In this document: in pieces, positions 1-10,149 of the stretch
Layout: each line of letters starts with the position of its first letter
Position numbering within the stretch: the stretch's first letter is position 1
Assembly: GCA_013152275.1 (NCBI GenBank)
Contig: JAADGS010000073.1
Coordinates: forward strand, 62,001-84,779
From: Actinomycetota bacterium
Lineage (GTDB): Bacteria; Actinomycetota; Acidimicrobiia; Spongiisociales; UBA4744
Direction: 5' to 3'
Length of the DNA: 22,779 nucleotides
The notes under the pieces: generated by a model
What the model was told of the DNA's origin: nothing
Databases searched by the model: none
The model's input: only the letters and a program-made list of their open reading frames with translations
Translations under genes and position numbers: made by a program

Positions 1-1633
1 TGGAGGCTACGGACGTACCTTCGTCGCCCAGATGGAGCAGATCATGGGCACCGTGCTCGATCGCGAGGTGAAGGTCGTGGTGAACGCCGGCGGCCTCGAC
101 CCTCTCGGCTGTGCAGAAGCCGTCCGAGAGGTCGGCAACCGTCTCGGGCTCGCTCCCACGGTGGCTGCGATCACCGGCGACGACCTCTCCGGCCGCCTCG
201 GGGATCTTGCCGCCGCAGGGGCATCGTTCATCAACCTCGACACCGGAGAACCGCTCGACGACAAAACGGACAGGATCCTCACCGCCAATGCCTATCTCGG
301 AGGCTGGGGGATCGCCTCGGCACTCCGCCACGGCGCAGACATCGTGGTGACCGGCAGGGTCACCGACGCCTCGCTCGCCGTCGGCCCCGCGGCCTGGTGG
401 CACGAATGGGCGAGGGACGATTGGGATGCACTGGCGGGAGCGGTCGTGGCCGGCCACGTGATCGAGTGCTCGATGCAGGCGACCGGCGGCAACTTCTCGT
501 TCTTCGACGAGGTACCCGACCTCGACTATCCCGGCTTCCCCTGGGTGGAGATCGCGGCTGACGGGTCGAGCGTGGTCGGTATCCATGAGGGTGCCGGCGG
601 CGAGGTGTCGATCCCGACGGTGACCTCGCAGCTTCTCTACGAGATCGGGAGTCCCGAGTACGACAACGCAGACGTCACCGCGCGTTTCGACTCTATCGAG
701 ATCGAGGAGATCGCTCCGAACCGCGTCAGACTCTCCGGGATCAAGGGGCAGCCGCCGCCGCGGACCCTCAAGGTGGCTGCCGCCTACGCGGGCGGTTTCC
801 GCAACACGATGATGATCGGCCTGACAGGCCTCGACGCCGAAGCCAAGGCAGACCTCTTCTGCCGCCAGTTCTGGCGGGCATGCCCATGGGATCCTGAGGA
901 CTATGAGGAGGTGCGCACCACGCTCATCGGCCGGGGCGAACAAGATCCGTCGTCGAACGCCGCCGCCGTCTCCTACCTGGAGATCGCGGTGCGCGACCCG
1001 GACGAGGAGAAGGTGGGCCGCTCATGGGCGGACACGGTGGTGCACATCGCGCTCGGCTCGATCCCCGGTCTGTTCGGCGTGTGGCCGCCCCGGAAGGCCT
1101 CTCCCTACGCCATCTACTGGCCGACCCTGATCGATCGAGATGCGGTCACCGACGTTGTTCATCTCGGTGAGAGATCCTTCACCGTACCCGAAACCGATCC
1201 CGGCGAGCGGTTCACCGTGACCGTGGAAGCACCCCGGCTGCCCTCTCCGCCGTCGGGGTCCCTGGTACGGGTCCCCCTGGGACGAGTCGTCGGGACACGG
1301 TCGGGCGACAAGGGTGGCAGCGCCAACCTGGGAGTGTTCACTCGAACCGATGACGGTTACCCCTGGCTCGCAGCATTCCTCACCATCGACCGTCTCGTCG
1401 ATCTGCTCCCCGACCTCGTCGAATACGAGATCGACAGGTACGAACTGCCCCGCCTGCGAGCCCTCAACTTCGTCGTTCACGGCATCCTCGACGAAGGCGT
1501 CGGCTCCTCCCTGCGCTTCGACGCACAGGCGAAGGGTCTCGGCGAGTACCTCCGAGCCAAGTGGATCGAGGTGCCCGCGGCCCTGACGGCGCCGCAAGAT
1601 CGAAACCAGACCGACCGAGAGCCCGGTCGGTGA
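1..1633 (+). CDS. atuA: Acyclic terpene utilization AtuA-family protein (DUF1446), 5' end outside window
   Basis: Frame is open from base 2 (GGYGRTFVAQM...). Family motifs NAGGLDP, ANAYLGGWGI, GADIVVTGRVTDAS, AGHVIEC, GGNF, QLLYEI. C-terminal domain RSGDKGG..N.GV and DAQAKGLGE. Confidence 0.9.
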   Translation, partial: GGYGRTFVAQMEQIMGTVLDREVKVVVNAGGLDPLGCAEAVREVGNRLGLAPTVAAITGDDLSGRLGDLAAAGASFINLDTGEPLDDKTDRILTANAYLGGWGIASALRHGADIVVTGRVTDASLAVGPAAWWHEWARDDWDALAGAVVAGHVIECSMQATGGNFSFFDEVPDLDYPGFPWVEIAADGSSVVGIHEGAGGEVSIPTVTSQLLYEIGSPEYDNADVTARFDSIEIEEIAPNRVRLSGIKGQPPPRTLKVAAAYAGGFRNTMMIGLTGLDAEAKADLFCRQFWRACPWDPEDYEEVRTTLIGRGEQDPSSNAAAVSYLEIAVRDPDEEKVGRSWADTVVHIALGSIPGLFGVWPPRKASPYAIYWPTLIDRDAVTDVVHLGERSFTVPETDPGERFTVTVEAPRLPSPPSGSLVRVPLGRVVGTRSGDKGGSANLGVFTRTDDGYPWLAAFLTIDRLVDLLPDLVEYEIDRYELPRLRALNFVVHGILDEGVGSSLRFDAQAKGLGEYLRAKWIEVPAALTAPQDRNQTDREPGR

Positions 1634-1658
1634 CCAAGGACCGATGTCAGGAGACCCC

Positions 1659-2804
1659 ATGCCATTCACCGAAGATCATCACCACTTCCGACGGGTCGTC
1701 CGGGAGTTCGTCGAGCAGGAGATCAATCCCAACGTCGAGGGCTGGGAGGCGGAGGGGATGATGCCCCTCCACGACGTCTTCTCGGTGATGGGCGACCTCG
1801 GATTCCTCGGCCTCGAGTACGACCCGGAGTTCGGCGGTCAAGGCGCAGACCATTTCTTCACCGTCGTTCTCTCCGAAGAGTTCGGTCGAGCGGACCACGG
1901 CAGCATCGGGATGGCGCTCGGGGTGCAGGTCGCGATGGCGACACCGTCCCTGCACCGTTACGGATCTCCCGCATTGAAGCAGCGGTACCTGGCCCCGGCC
2001 CTACGCGGCGAGATGGTGGCGGCAATCGCGGTCACCGAGCCGGACGCAGGTTCCGATGTGGCCGCCATCCGCACCAGGGCGGAACGTTTCGGTGACGAGT
2101 GGGTGATCAACGGATCCAAGATGTTCATCACCAATTCGCTTCAGGCGGACTGGCTCTGCCTTCTCGCCCGCACCTCTGATGAATCCGGGTACCAGGGGAT
2201 GAGTCAGATCATCGTTCCCACCGCCATCGAGGGCGTCGAGGTTTCGCGCAAACTGGACAAGCTCGGGATGCACGCTTCTGATACGGCACCGATCACCTTC
2301 ACCGACGCGAGGGTCCCCGTCGACCACACGCTTGGCATCGAAGGGATGGGATTCCAGCAGCAGATGGCACAGTTCGTCGAGGAGCGGATGTGGGCTGCGT
2401 ACTCGTCGGTCGGCTCCATGGAGCGCGCCCTCGCCCGCACCTCCGCGTACCTCAAGCAGCGACACGTGTTCGGAAAGCCGCTGAGTCGCAATCGCTACCT
2501 GACATACAAGCTTGCAGAGTTGGCCGCCGAGGTGGACCTGCTCAAGTACTACAACTACGCCTGTGCCGAGGCCTTCGCCCGGGGCGAGGACACGACACGA
2601 TTCGCCACCATCGCCAAGTACAAGTCGGGCAGGCTGATCAGGGAGGTCGCCGACTGGTGCCTCCAGTTCCACGGTGGGACCGGGTACATGGAAGAGACCT
2701 GGACCACCCGTTTTCTGCGGGACTCCCGTCTCGGCGGTATCGGCGGGGGAGCGGACGAGGTGATGCTCGACATCCTCTCCCGCATCGACGGCTTTGCCGG
2801 GTGA
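1659..2804 (+). CDS. Acyl-CoA dehydrogenase, AtuD/citronellyl-CoA or long-chain type
   Basis: Motifs TEPDAGSD, INGSKMFITN, KLG, QFHGG.GY, RD...GIGGGADEVM. The IGGG motif with Glu in QFVEER fits the LCAD/IVD/AtuD class. AGGAG at 1649-1653 precedes ATG 1659; alternative start 1644. Confidence 0.9.
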   Translation: MPFTEDHHHFRRVVREFVEQEINPNVEGWEAEGMMPLHDVFSVMGDLGFLGLEYDPEFGGQGADHFFTVVLSEEFGRADHGSIGMALGVQVAMATPSLHRYGSPALKQRYLAPALRGEMVAAIAVTEPDAGSDVAAIRTRAERFGDEWVINGSKMFITNSLQADWLCLLARTSDESGYQGMSQIIVPTAIEGVEVSRKLDKLGMHASDTAPITFTDARVPVDHTLGIEGMGFQQQMAQFVEERMWAAYSSVGSMERALARTSAYLKQRHVFGKPLSRNRYLTYKLAELAAEVDLLKYYNYACAEAFARGEDTTRFATIAKYKSGRLIREVADWCLQFHGGTGYMEETWTTRFLRDSRLGGIGGGADEVMLDILSRIDGFAG

Positions 2805-2808
2805 CCTG

Positions 2809-3408
2809 ATGCCACCGAACGACCTCAGAGCACGGCGAGAAGACGAGATCGCTCGCGGCGCGTTGAAACTCTTCCTGGACAAGGGATTCCACGCCACTTC
2901 GGTCCGCGAGATCGCAGCGGCCTCCAACCTCTCCATGGGCGGTCTCTACGAATACATCGAGTCGAAAGGCGATGTTCTGTGGCTCGTCTACCGCCACCTC
3001 CTCACAGGCCTCGAAGCTGCGGTCCCCTCCTCGGCCTCCGGTGAGGACCTGGAGGCGACGCTCGCCGCACTCATCGCGGCGACGACCGAGCACGCCGCCG
3101 AAGTACAGCTCATGTACAGGGAGGCGGGTGCTCTCGACCCGGCGGATCGGGAGCGGCTCGCCGTCTCCGAGCGGGAGCAGGCAGGTCGGCTTGCCGCCAT
3201 GGTCGAGGACGGGATCGCATCGGGGCATCTGGCCGGGAACGACCCGGAACTCGTCGCTCACCTCCTCATGTTCCTCACCGCGTTCTATCCCCTCCGGCGC
3301 TGGCTGCTGCGGCACCGCGCCGACCTCGATGCGGGCACCGTCGCCCGATCCGTGGCCCGCATCGTCGTGCACGGCCTGCGTGCCCGCTCCGGTGTGGACT
3401 CTTCCTGA
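2809..3408 (+). CDS. TetR/AcrR family transcriptional regulator
   Basis: HTH LFLDKGFHATSVREIAAASNLSMGGLYEYIESK. ATG 2809 lies just after the upstream stop. Confidence 0.9.
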   Translation: MPPNDLRARREDEIARGALKLFLDKGFHATSVREIAAASNLSMGGLYEYIESKGDVLWLVYRHLLTGLEAAVPSSASGEDLEATLAALIAATTEHAAEVQLMYREAGALDPADRERLAVSEREQAGRLAAMVEDGIASGHLAGNDPELVAHLLMFLTAFYPLRRWLLRHRADLDAGTVARSVARIVVHGLRARSGVDSS

Positions 3409-3722
3409 GCGACCGGAGTGCGGTCGTCGCCGGTTCCCGACACGACGCGGCCGATCGTGTCGGCGCTGCTGTCGGTTCGTTGCGCAAAGTCGGCGAGCGA
3501 GCGCCACGATTCGCGGCGAGGGCGGCATCCACCATGGTGTTCCCCGGATCTCGGTGAGGTTGCGAAGCTTGCCACCACGTGCGGCTCCAAGGGTGACCGT
3601 GGTGACGAGAACGAGGAGCATCCACGGCAGAGGCGCACCGTGATCGGTGTGCTTCCTTGGGCGACCCTCTGGAATGTCCGGATTGGTTAGTGTTTCGCGA
3701 AGCCGCGAGAAGGAGGGTCTGT

Positions 3723-4490
3723 GTGATCGGTTACGAGGTGTCCGACGGTGTTGCGACGATCACGATCGATGACCCTGAGCGACGGAACCCGTTGTCGAAT
3801 GAGGCGGTCCGGGAGTTGAAGGAAACCATCTGCCGGGCAGGGGACGATGCCGACGTGCGGGTGCTCGTGATCACCGGCGCCGGAGAGAGAGTCTTCTCCG
3901 CGGGTGGCGACCTCGCCGGTGGTTTTGTGGACTCGCCGGTCGCGGCGCATGCCTCCCGTGGCGAGTTCGCCGACCTGTTGCGGGCGATGATGACCCTTCC
4001 CAAGCCCATCGTGGGCCGTGTGAACGGTGCGGCGATCGGCGGCGGTTTCGGTGTTGCAGCAGCGTGCGACATCACGATCGTTGTCGACGACGCGAAGCTG
4101 GGAACACCCGAGATAAGCCTCGGATTATGGCCCATGATGATCTCTGCGGTGCTGTTCCCGCTCATGCCGCGCAAACGTCTCTTGCACATGATGATGACGG
4201 GACAACTCATCTCGGGGGAAGAGGCCGTAGAACTCGGGATCGCGACCCTCGGTGTGCCCCGAGAGCGACTCGATGTGGTGGTCGATGCCACCGTCGCGAA
4301 GCTCAAGGAGATGCCTTCCGGCGCGCTCGCACTTGGAAAACGGGCGTTCTACGCGACGGCGTCGATGGATCCCGACACCGCGCTCGACAATCTGCACATC
4401 GGGCTCACCGCCGTGTCGTTCACGGACGATGCCGCCGAGGGGGTGGCTGCGTTCCTGGAGCGTCGCGGCCCCACCTGGACGGGCCGGTAG
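3723..4490 (+). CDS. Enoyl-CoA hydratase/isomerase (crotonase) family protein
   Basis: Motifs ITIDDPERRNPL, FSAGGDL, PKPIVGRVNGAAIGGG, PEISLG, EGVAAFLERR. AGGAGG at 3711-3716 precedes GTG 3723. Confidence 0.9.
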   Translation: MIGYEVSDGVATITIDDPERRNPLSNEAVRELKETICRAGDDADVRVLVITGAGERVFSAGGDLAGGFVDSPVAAHASRGEFADLLRAMMTLPKPIVGRVNGAAIGGGFGVAAACDITIVVDDAKLGTPEISLGLWPMMISAVLFPLMPRKRLLHMMMTGQLISGEEAVELGIATLGVPRERLDVVVDATVAKLKEMPSGALALGKRAFYATASMDPDTALDNLHIGLTAVSFTDDAAEGVAAFLERRGPTWTGR

Positions 4491-4665
4491 CAGTAGCGGC
4501 ACCCTGTGCCGAGTCCGGTACCGGGTGTGGCCGACGAAGCGAGCCCGGCAGCCCGCCGGAACATCTGGCAAGGGTGACGACGCCGTGCAGCCTCCCGATC
4601 GTGTGCTGCGAGCCGATGACGGGGAGGAAGATAGGGAAGTTTCCCCGACATGGTTCCGGGGCGCT

Positions 4666-4674
4666 TGCTATCGT
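4666..4674 (+). promoter_or_regulatory. Candidate extended -10 promoter (TGnTATCGT) for the ABC operon
   Basis: TGCTATCGT about 30 nt before the TTG start, followed by a GGGAGGG RBS. Motif match only. Confidence 0.4.
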
Positions 4675-4704
4675 CGCCGCATCCTCGGTGGGAGGGAATA
4701 GGGT

Positions 4705-5493
4705 TTGCTTGAGGTCGCCAACTTGGAGGTGGTCTACCACGACGTCATTCTGGTCGTGCGCGGCATCTCGTTCGAAGTCGGCGAAAGCCAGATCGTTGCC
4801 CTTCTGGGAGCGAACGGTGCCGGCAAGACGACCGTTCTGAGAGCCATGTCCGGGCTGCTCGATGTCTGCGACGGCAAGATCACGAAGGGCAGGATCACGG
4901 TCGATGGTGAGCCCATCCATCGAGCGGAGGCTCCGAGTATCGTGCGCAAAGGTGTGACCCAGGTGATGGAGGGACGCCGGATCTTCGCCGAGTTCACGGT
5001 GGAAGAGAACTTACGTGTCGGAGGGCACACGTCGCACGGCAACCTCGAAGAGCGCCTGGATCGCGTCTTCGGCCTGTTTCCCCTGCTGAAGGAGCGCCGC
5101 AAACTCGTCGCGGGGTATCTCTCCGGTGGAGAGCAGCAGATGCTGGCGATGGGAAGGGCTCTGATGTCCGACCCGAAGTACCTTCTGCTCGACGAACCGA
5201 GCCTCGGTCTGGCTCCGCTCCTCGTTCAGCAGGTCCGAGACCTCATTGTCGAGATCAACCGCCAAGGAACGGGGATCCTGCTCGTGGAGCAGAACGCGGC
5301 GATGGCGTTGTCGATCGCGGACCACGGCTACATCATGGAGACGGGGAAGATCGTGATGGACAAGCCCGCGTCCGAACTGATGCAGGACGAGGATGTCCAG
5401 GAGTTCTACCTGGGTCTTCGCGGCTCGGGAGGAGAGCACAAGTCGTTTCGAGACGTCAAGCATTACAAGCGGAGGAAGCGGTGGCTGTCATGA
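4705..5493 (+). CDS. Liv-type ABC transporter ATP-binding protein (LivF-like)
   Basis: Walker A GANGAGKT, signature LSGGEQQ, Walker B LLLDEP. Basic C-terminal tail SFRDVKHYKRRKRWLS. Confidence 0.93.
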   Translation: MLEVANLEVVYHDVILVVRGISFEVGESQIVALLGANGAGKTTVLRAMSGLLDVCDGKITKGRITVDGEPIHRAEAPSIVRKGVTQVMEGRRIFAEFTVEENLRVGGHTSHGNLEERLDRVFGLFPLLKERRKLVAGYLSGGEQQMLAMGRALMSDPKYLLLDEPSLGLAPLLVQQVRDLIVEINRQGTGILLVEQNAAMALSIADHGYIMETGKIVMDKPASELMQDEDVQEFYLGLRGSGGEHKSFRDVKHYKRRKRWLS

Positions 5494-6311
5494 CCGGCCG
5501 GCTCCTCGAAGTCACAGGCCTGCAGCTCAGTTTTGCCGGAATCAGAGCGCTGGACGATATCGGGTTCTCTGTCGGTGACGGTGAGCTGTTCGCCATCATC
5601 GGTCCGAACGGAGCCGGAAAGACCTCCATCTTCAACTGTCTCAACGGCGTGTACCGGCCACAGCAGGGGTCCATACGGCTGCGAGGCACGGAACTGATCG
5701 GCAAGCGACCGTACCGCATCGCGGGCCTCGGCATCGCCCGCACGTTCCAGAACATCGAACTCTTCGAAAACCTCACGGTGCTGGAGAACATCCTGCTCGG
5801 AAGACATCTTCACGTTCGATACGGAACTCTGTCTGCAATGGCGTGGATCGGCAGGGCGCAACGCCAGGAGGATCTGCATCGTGAGCGCGCCGAGGAGATC
5901 ATCGACTTCCTCGAGATCGAAGCGTACCGCAGGAGCCTCGTCGGAGTGCTTCCCTACGGTGTGCAGAAGCGGGTGGAGCTCGGACGCGCGCTTGCCATGG
6001 ACCCGGCGTTGCTGCTTCTCGACGAGCCGGCTGCGGGGATGAACCTCGAGGAGACCGAAGACATGGCTCGCTTCATCCTCGACATCCAGGAGGAGTTGGG
6101 GATCGCGATGATCCTCGTCGAGCACGACATGGGTCTGGTGATGGATATTGCAGACCGCATCATGGTGCTCGACTTTGGGAGGAAGATCGCCGAGGGAACA
6201 CCGGCCGAGGTGCAGCGTGATCCCGAGGTGATCAGGGCGTACCTCGGTGAGGAATTCGAGCGGGGCGATCTGAAGTCGGCCGAAGAGCGTTCGACCGGAG
6301 GTGGCACGTGA
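5490..6311 (+). CDS. Liv-type ABC transporter ATP-binding protein (LivG-like)
   Basis: GPNGAGKT, ARTFQN, LPYGVQK, LLLDEPAAG, EHDM, AYLG. ATGA overlap with the previous gene. Confidence 0.93.
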   Translation: MTGRLLEVTGLQLSFAGIRALDDIGFSVGDGELFAIIGPNGAGKTSIFNCLNGVYRPQQGSIRLRGTELIGKRPYRIAGLGIARTFQNIELFENLTVLENILLGRHLHVRYGTLSAMAWIGRAQRQEDLHRERAEEIIDFLEIEAYRRSLVGVLPYGVQKRVELGRALAMDPALLLLDEPAAGMNLEETEDMARFILDIQEELGIAMILVEHDMGLVMDIADRIMVLDFGRKIAEGTPAEVQRDPEVIRAYLGEEFERGDLKSAEERSTGGGT

Positions 6312-8110
6312 CGGCCAGTATCCCCGAGATGCTGCGTGAGGTTGCCGGCGCCATACCGGACAAGGTGGCTCTGCGAGAAAAAGAACTCGGGATCTGGCAG
6401 GAGACGACCTATGCCGGCTACTGGGATCTCGTCTCGACGGTCGGCATGGCGCTGTGGGCGCTCGGGGTGCGTTCCGGTGACAAGGTTGCGATTCACTCCG
6501 AGAACCGTATCGCGTGGGTCGTCACCGACCTTGCCGCGCAGGGTATCCAGGCGGTGTCGGTCGGGCTGTATCCGACGAACCCTCCTACCGAGGTCGAGTA
6601 TCTCCTGGGCCATTCGGAAGCCAAGGTGCTGATCGCCGAGGACCAGGAACAGGTGGACAAGGCCCTCGAAGTGAGGGAGAGGCTGCCGAACCTCGAACGG
6701 ATCGTGTATGTCGAACCGAGAGGCGTGAGTACGTATCGCGATCCGATCCTTCTGTCGTGGGAGGACTTCCTGACGCTGGGGCGTAAGCAGCGCGAAGAGA
6801 CACCGGCGCTCTTCGACGAACTCGTCGACGGTATCGACTCGCACTCCACGGCAACGATCGTGTACACATCGGGCACAACGGGTCCGCCCAAGGGGGCGAT
6901 GCTGTCGCACGACAATCTGCTCTGGACAGCCAGACGTGCGGAACGGATCATCTCGGGAACCCGGCCCGTCAAGGATGCGGAGTTCCTCTCCTATCTGCCA
7001 CTGTGCCATGTCTTCGGGCGGCTCTATGACCTCCTCGGAGCGATCGCGATGCGGGCGACGGTCAACTTCGCCGAGTCCATCGACACCCTCGTGAACGACC
7101 TGGCGGAGGTTCAACCGACCTACTTTCCGGCACCGCCGCGTATCTGGGAGAAGATGAAGGCAGCCGCCGAGATCCGGATGGCGGACGCGAGTTTCCTCAA
7201 GCGGACCCTGTATGGCGTGTTCATAAAAGCCGGATATCGCAATGTCGATCGTGTCATGAGGAAAGGCTCCAGGGGAGTCGTCGGAACGTTGACACAGGGT
7301 CTCGGATGGTTGTTCGTGTTTCGAGCTCTCCGCAAGAAGTTGGGGATGGGCAAGTGCCGGCAGGCGATCAGTGGAGCTGCGCCGATCGCGCCGGAGTTGC
7401 TGCAATTCTTCATGGCACTCGGAGTACCGATCTTCGAGGGGTGGGGGATGACCGAGACGACGGCATTGGGCACCGTCAACCCCGCGAACGATGTAAAGCT
7501 CGGCACGATCGGGAAGCCGCTCGATGAGATCGATCTCAAACTGGGTGACGACGGCGAGATCCTCATCCGTCATCCCGGCATCTTCCAGGGCTATTTCAAG
7601 AATCCCGAAGCAACCGAAGCTGCGTTGGAGGATGGGTGGCTCCACACGGGGGACGTCGGGGAGTGGGTCGGAGACCACATGCGGATCATCGACCGCAAGA
7701 AAGACATCATCATCACCGCCGGCGGCAAGAACATCTCTCCGTCGGAGATAGAGAACAAGCTCAAGGTCTCGCCGTATGTGAAGGAGGCGATGGTGATCGG
7801 GGACAAGCGCAAGTTCATCAGCGCCCTCATCGGCATCGAGTTCGACACGGTGGCGAACTGGGCGCAGCGCAAGGGCATCACGTTCACGACGTATCGAGAT
7901 CTGTCGGAGAAGCCCGAGGTCATCGAGCTGATCCGAAAGGAAGTCGACCGTGTGAATCGCGACTTCGCCAGGGTCGAGCAGATCAAGAAGTTCCGTCTCA
8001 TGCCCAAGGAACTCGACCACGATCAGGGTGAGCTGACCGCGACACTGAAGGTCAAACGCAAGGTGGTCGAGGGGCTGTTCGAGGACCTGATCGAGGAGAT
8101 GTACACATGA
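6308..8110 (+). CDS. AMP-dependent long-chain fatty-acid--CoA ligase
   Basis: YTSGTTGPPKG, YLPLCH, EGWGMTE, GWLHTGDVG, IIDRKKD...GGKNISP, ELTATLKVKR. GTGA overlap. Confidence 0.92.
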   Translation: MTASIPEMLREVAGAIPDKVALREKELGIWQETTYAGYWDLVSTVGMALWALGVRSGDKVAIHSENRIAWVVTDLAAQGIQAVSVGLYPTNPPTEVEYLLGHSEAKVLIAEDQEQVDKALEVRERLPNLERIVYVEPRGVSTYRDPILLSWEDFLTLGRKQREETPALFDELVDGIDSHSTATIVYTSGTTGPPKGAMLSHDNLLWTARRAERIISGTRPVKDAEFLSYLPLCHVFGRLYDLLGAIAMRATVNFAESIDTLVNDLAEVQPTYFPAPPRIWEKMKAAAEIRMADASFLKRTLYGVFIKAGYRNVDRVMRKGSRGVVGTLTQGLGWLFVFRALRKKLGMGKCRQAISGAAPIAPELLQFFMALGVPIFEGWGMTETTALGTVNPANDVKLGTIGKPLDEIDLKLGDDGEILIRHPGIFQGYFKNPEATEAALEDGWLHTGDVGEWVGDHMRIIDRKKDIIITAGGKNISPSEIENKLKVSPYVKEAMVIGDKRKFISALIGIEFDTVANWAQRKGITFTTYRDLSEKPEVIELIRKEVDRVNRDFARVEQIKKFRLMPKELDHDQGELTATLKVKRKVVEGLFEDLIEEMYT

Positions 8111-9003
8111 CTCAGTTCCTGCAAGCAACCGTGGCAGGTCTCTCCCTTGCCTCGATCTATGCCCTCCTCGCACTCGGGTTCGTCATCATCTTCAAGTCCA
8201 CCCAGGTGCTCAGCTTCGCCCACCCTGCCCTGATGATCTTTGGTGCCTACTTCGTGTCCTATTTCGCGGTCACGGTGGGAATCAACTTCTGGCTCGCACT
8301 CGCGATCGGCATTTTCCTCACCGCGTTGCTCGGAGCCGTGATCGAGCGAGTCACACTGCGGCCCCTCGTCGGCAAACCGCTGTTCTCGCTCGCGATTCTG
8401 ACTATCGGCCTCGATATCGCCATCCGCGTCGTCGTCGACGATCTCATCGGAGTGAACCTGCGCGGTGTCGGCGACCCGTGGGGTTTCAACAGCATACGGA
8501 TGGGTAACGTGGTGATCGAGACACGGGTGATCGCCATGTTCGTCGCTGCGGTGGTCGTCGCCGTGGCACTACTCGCATTCTTCAAGTACTCCAGGGTCGG
8601 TTTGGCCATGCGCGCGACGGCCGCAGACCAAGAGGTGGCTCTTGCGCAGGGAATCAATGTGCATCAGATCTTCGCACTGGCCTGGATACTCGGAGGCGCA
8701 CTCGCCGCGATTGCCGGCATGTTCGCCGCCTCGGGCGCTGCCGGGCTGAGCCAGAGCAACTGGATCGTCGCGCTGAAGGCACTCCCCGCGATCGTCGTCG
8801 GGGGCCTCGACTCGGTTCACGGGGCCATCGTCGGGGCGCTCATCATCGGGCTGGCCGAGGGATACAGTGCCACCTACCAGGCCCAGTACCTGCCGTGGCT
8901 GGGTAGCAACTTCAGCCAGGTGGTCCCGTATCTCGTGATGCTCATCGTGCTGCTGATCAAACCGTACGGGCTGTTCGGTACCGAGGAGGTGGAACGGGTG
9001 TGA
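8107..9003 (+). CDS. Liv-type ABC permease (LivH-like)
   Basis: Hydrophobic helices; YALLALGF, SFAH, GLAMRA, VGGLDS, KPYGLFG. ATGA overlap. Confidence 0.92.
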   Translation: MTQFLQATVAGLSLASIYALLALGFVIIFKSTQVLSFAHPALMIFGAYFVSYFAVTVGINFWLALAIGIFLTALLGAVIERVTLRPLVGKPLFSLAILTIGLDIAIRVVVDDLIGVNLRGVGDPWGFNSIRMGNVVIETRVIAMFVAAVVVAVALLAFFKYSRVGLAMRATAADQEVALAQGINVHQIFALAWILGGALAAIAGMFAASGAAGLSQSNWIVALKALPAIVVGGLDSVHGAIVGALIIGLAEGYSATYQAQYLPWLGSNFSQVVPYLVMLIVLLIKPYGLFGTEEVERV

Positions 9004-10112
9004 GAGGACGACCGAACCTCCACAGCTCCTATCGATCCGATGGGGCGATCCTGTCGACCTCCACACAGAAGGTTGCGTTTGCCGTCGGCCTGGGAGCGGT
9101 CATCGTTCTTCCGTTCCTCGGTCTCTCCCGGACGTGGCTGATCCTTCTGGCAACCACCTTCGTGGCGGCGATCGGAGCCATCGGGCTCAACCTCGTGACC
9201 GGCTACGCGGGACAGATCTCGCTTGGTCACGCCTTCTTCCTCGGTATCGGAGCGTATGTGGGTGCCGCGCTCTCCGGCGATCCGAGCGCGAGCGTGATCG
9301 GGCTCGGTCTCGACATGCTCATCTGGCTGCCGGCGGCGGGTCTCGTCGCAGCCGCGGCAGGCGTGCTGGTGGCCCCGGTGGCGTTGCGTCTCAAAGGCCT
9401 CTACCTCGCACTCGTCACCCTGGGACTGGTCTTTCTCGGCGAGCACATCTTCAGGAACTGGGACTCGCTGACCGGAGGCACCGGAATCGGCCGCAAACCG
9501 GCGGTACTGCAGCTGCTCGGGTGGCGGTTCGACAAACCGGGACAAATCGGCGGGATCCTGCTCTCGCGGGAACAGCAGATCTACTTCTTCACGTTCATCT
9601 TGTTCGTCGTGATGGCCTTCGCTGCGAAGAACCTGGCCCGGTCCAGGGTCGGCAGGGCGTTCTCCGCCATTCGGGATCGCGACATCGCCGCGGAAGTCAT
9701 GGGAGTGGACCTGACCAAGTACAAGGTGCTGGCGTTCGCGGTGTCCTCTTTCTATGCGGGAGTCGCCGGATCGCTGTACTTTACGGTGACAGGCTTCGTC
9801 GAGCCCGCCAGTTTCAACTTGCTCCTGTCTATCCTGTTCATCGCGATGGTGGTCATCGGGGGAGCATCCTCGATCGCAGGCTCGATCATGGGTGCTGCGT
9901 TCGTCACGCTGCTGCCCCAGATCATCAACTCTGCATCGGGCTGGCTTCCGTTCATCGGAGACGGCGCAGGAGGTGTGCTCAGCCCGGCGCAGCTGGAACG
10001 GATACTCTTTGGAGGGTTGATCGTGTTCTTCCTGATCTTTGAGCCGCTCGGTTTGTTCGGCGTATGGATCAGGGTCCGCAACTACTGGAAAGCGTGGCCG
10101 TTCTCATATTGA
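9000..10112 (+). CDS. Liv-type ABC permease (LivM-like)
   Basis: GLNLVTGYAGQISLGHAFF.GIGAY, RLKGLYLALVTL, GRAFSAIRD. Ends WPFSY. GTGA overlap. Confidence 0.92.
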   Translation: MRGRPNLHSSYRSDGAILSTSTQKVAFAVGLGAVIVLPFLGLSRTWLILLATTFVAAIGAIGLNLVTGYAGQISLGHAFFLGIGAYVGAALSGDPSASVIGLGLDMLIWLPAAGLVAAAAGVLVAPVALRLKGLYLALVTLGLVFLGEHIFRNWDSLTGGTGIGRKPAVLQLLGWRFDKPGQIGGILLSREQQIYFFTFILFVVMAFAAKNLARSRVGRAFSAIRDRDIAAEVMGVDLTKYKVLAFAVSSFYAGVAGSLYFTVTGFVEPASFNLLLSILFIAMVVIGGASSIAGSIMGAAFVTLLPQIINSASGWLPFIGDGAGGVLSPAQLERILFGGLIVFFLIFEPLGLFGVWIRVRNYWKAWPFSY

Positions 10113-10149
10113 GGGGCCTAGGACGAGACAAGACAAGGGAGGAAGACTG

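Noticed and set aside
3668..3682. Imperfect palindrome TCTGGA-ATG-TCCGGA as a TetR operator
   Set aside because: Single weak instance with no second copy found in other promoter regions of the window.
4491..4704. Possible riboswitch ahead of the ABC operon
   Set aside because: Only short GC hairpins; I found no cobalamin, TPP, SAM or T-box consensus, and the candidate promoter lies downstream of most of the region.
5954..8173. 739-aa ORF on the minus strand
   Set aside because: Antisense shadow of the LivG and CoA-ligase genes, expected from high-GC codon bias; no recognisable motifs.
10039..10149. Upstream extension of the first SBP
   Set aside because: Overlaps livM; the RBS and lipoprotein signal begin at 10150.
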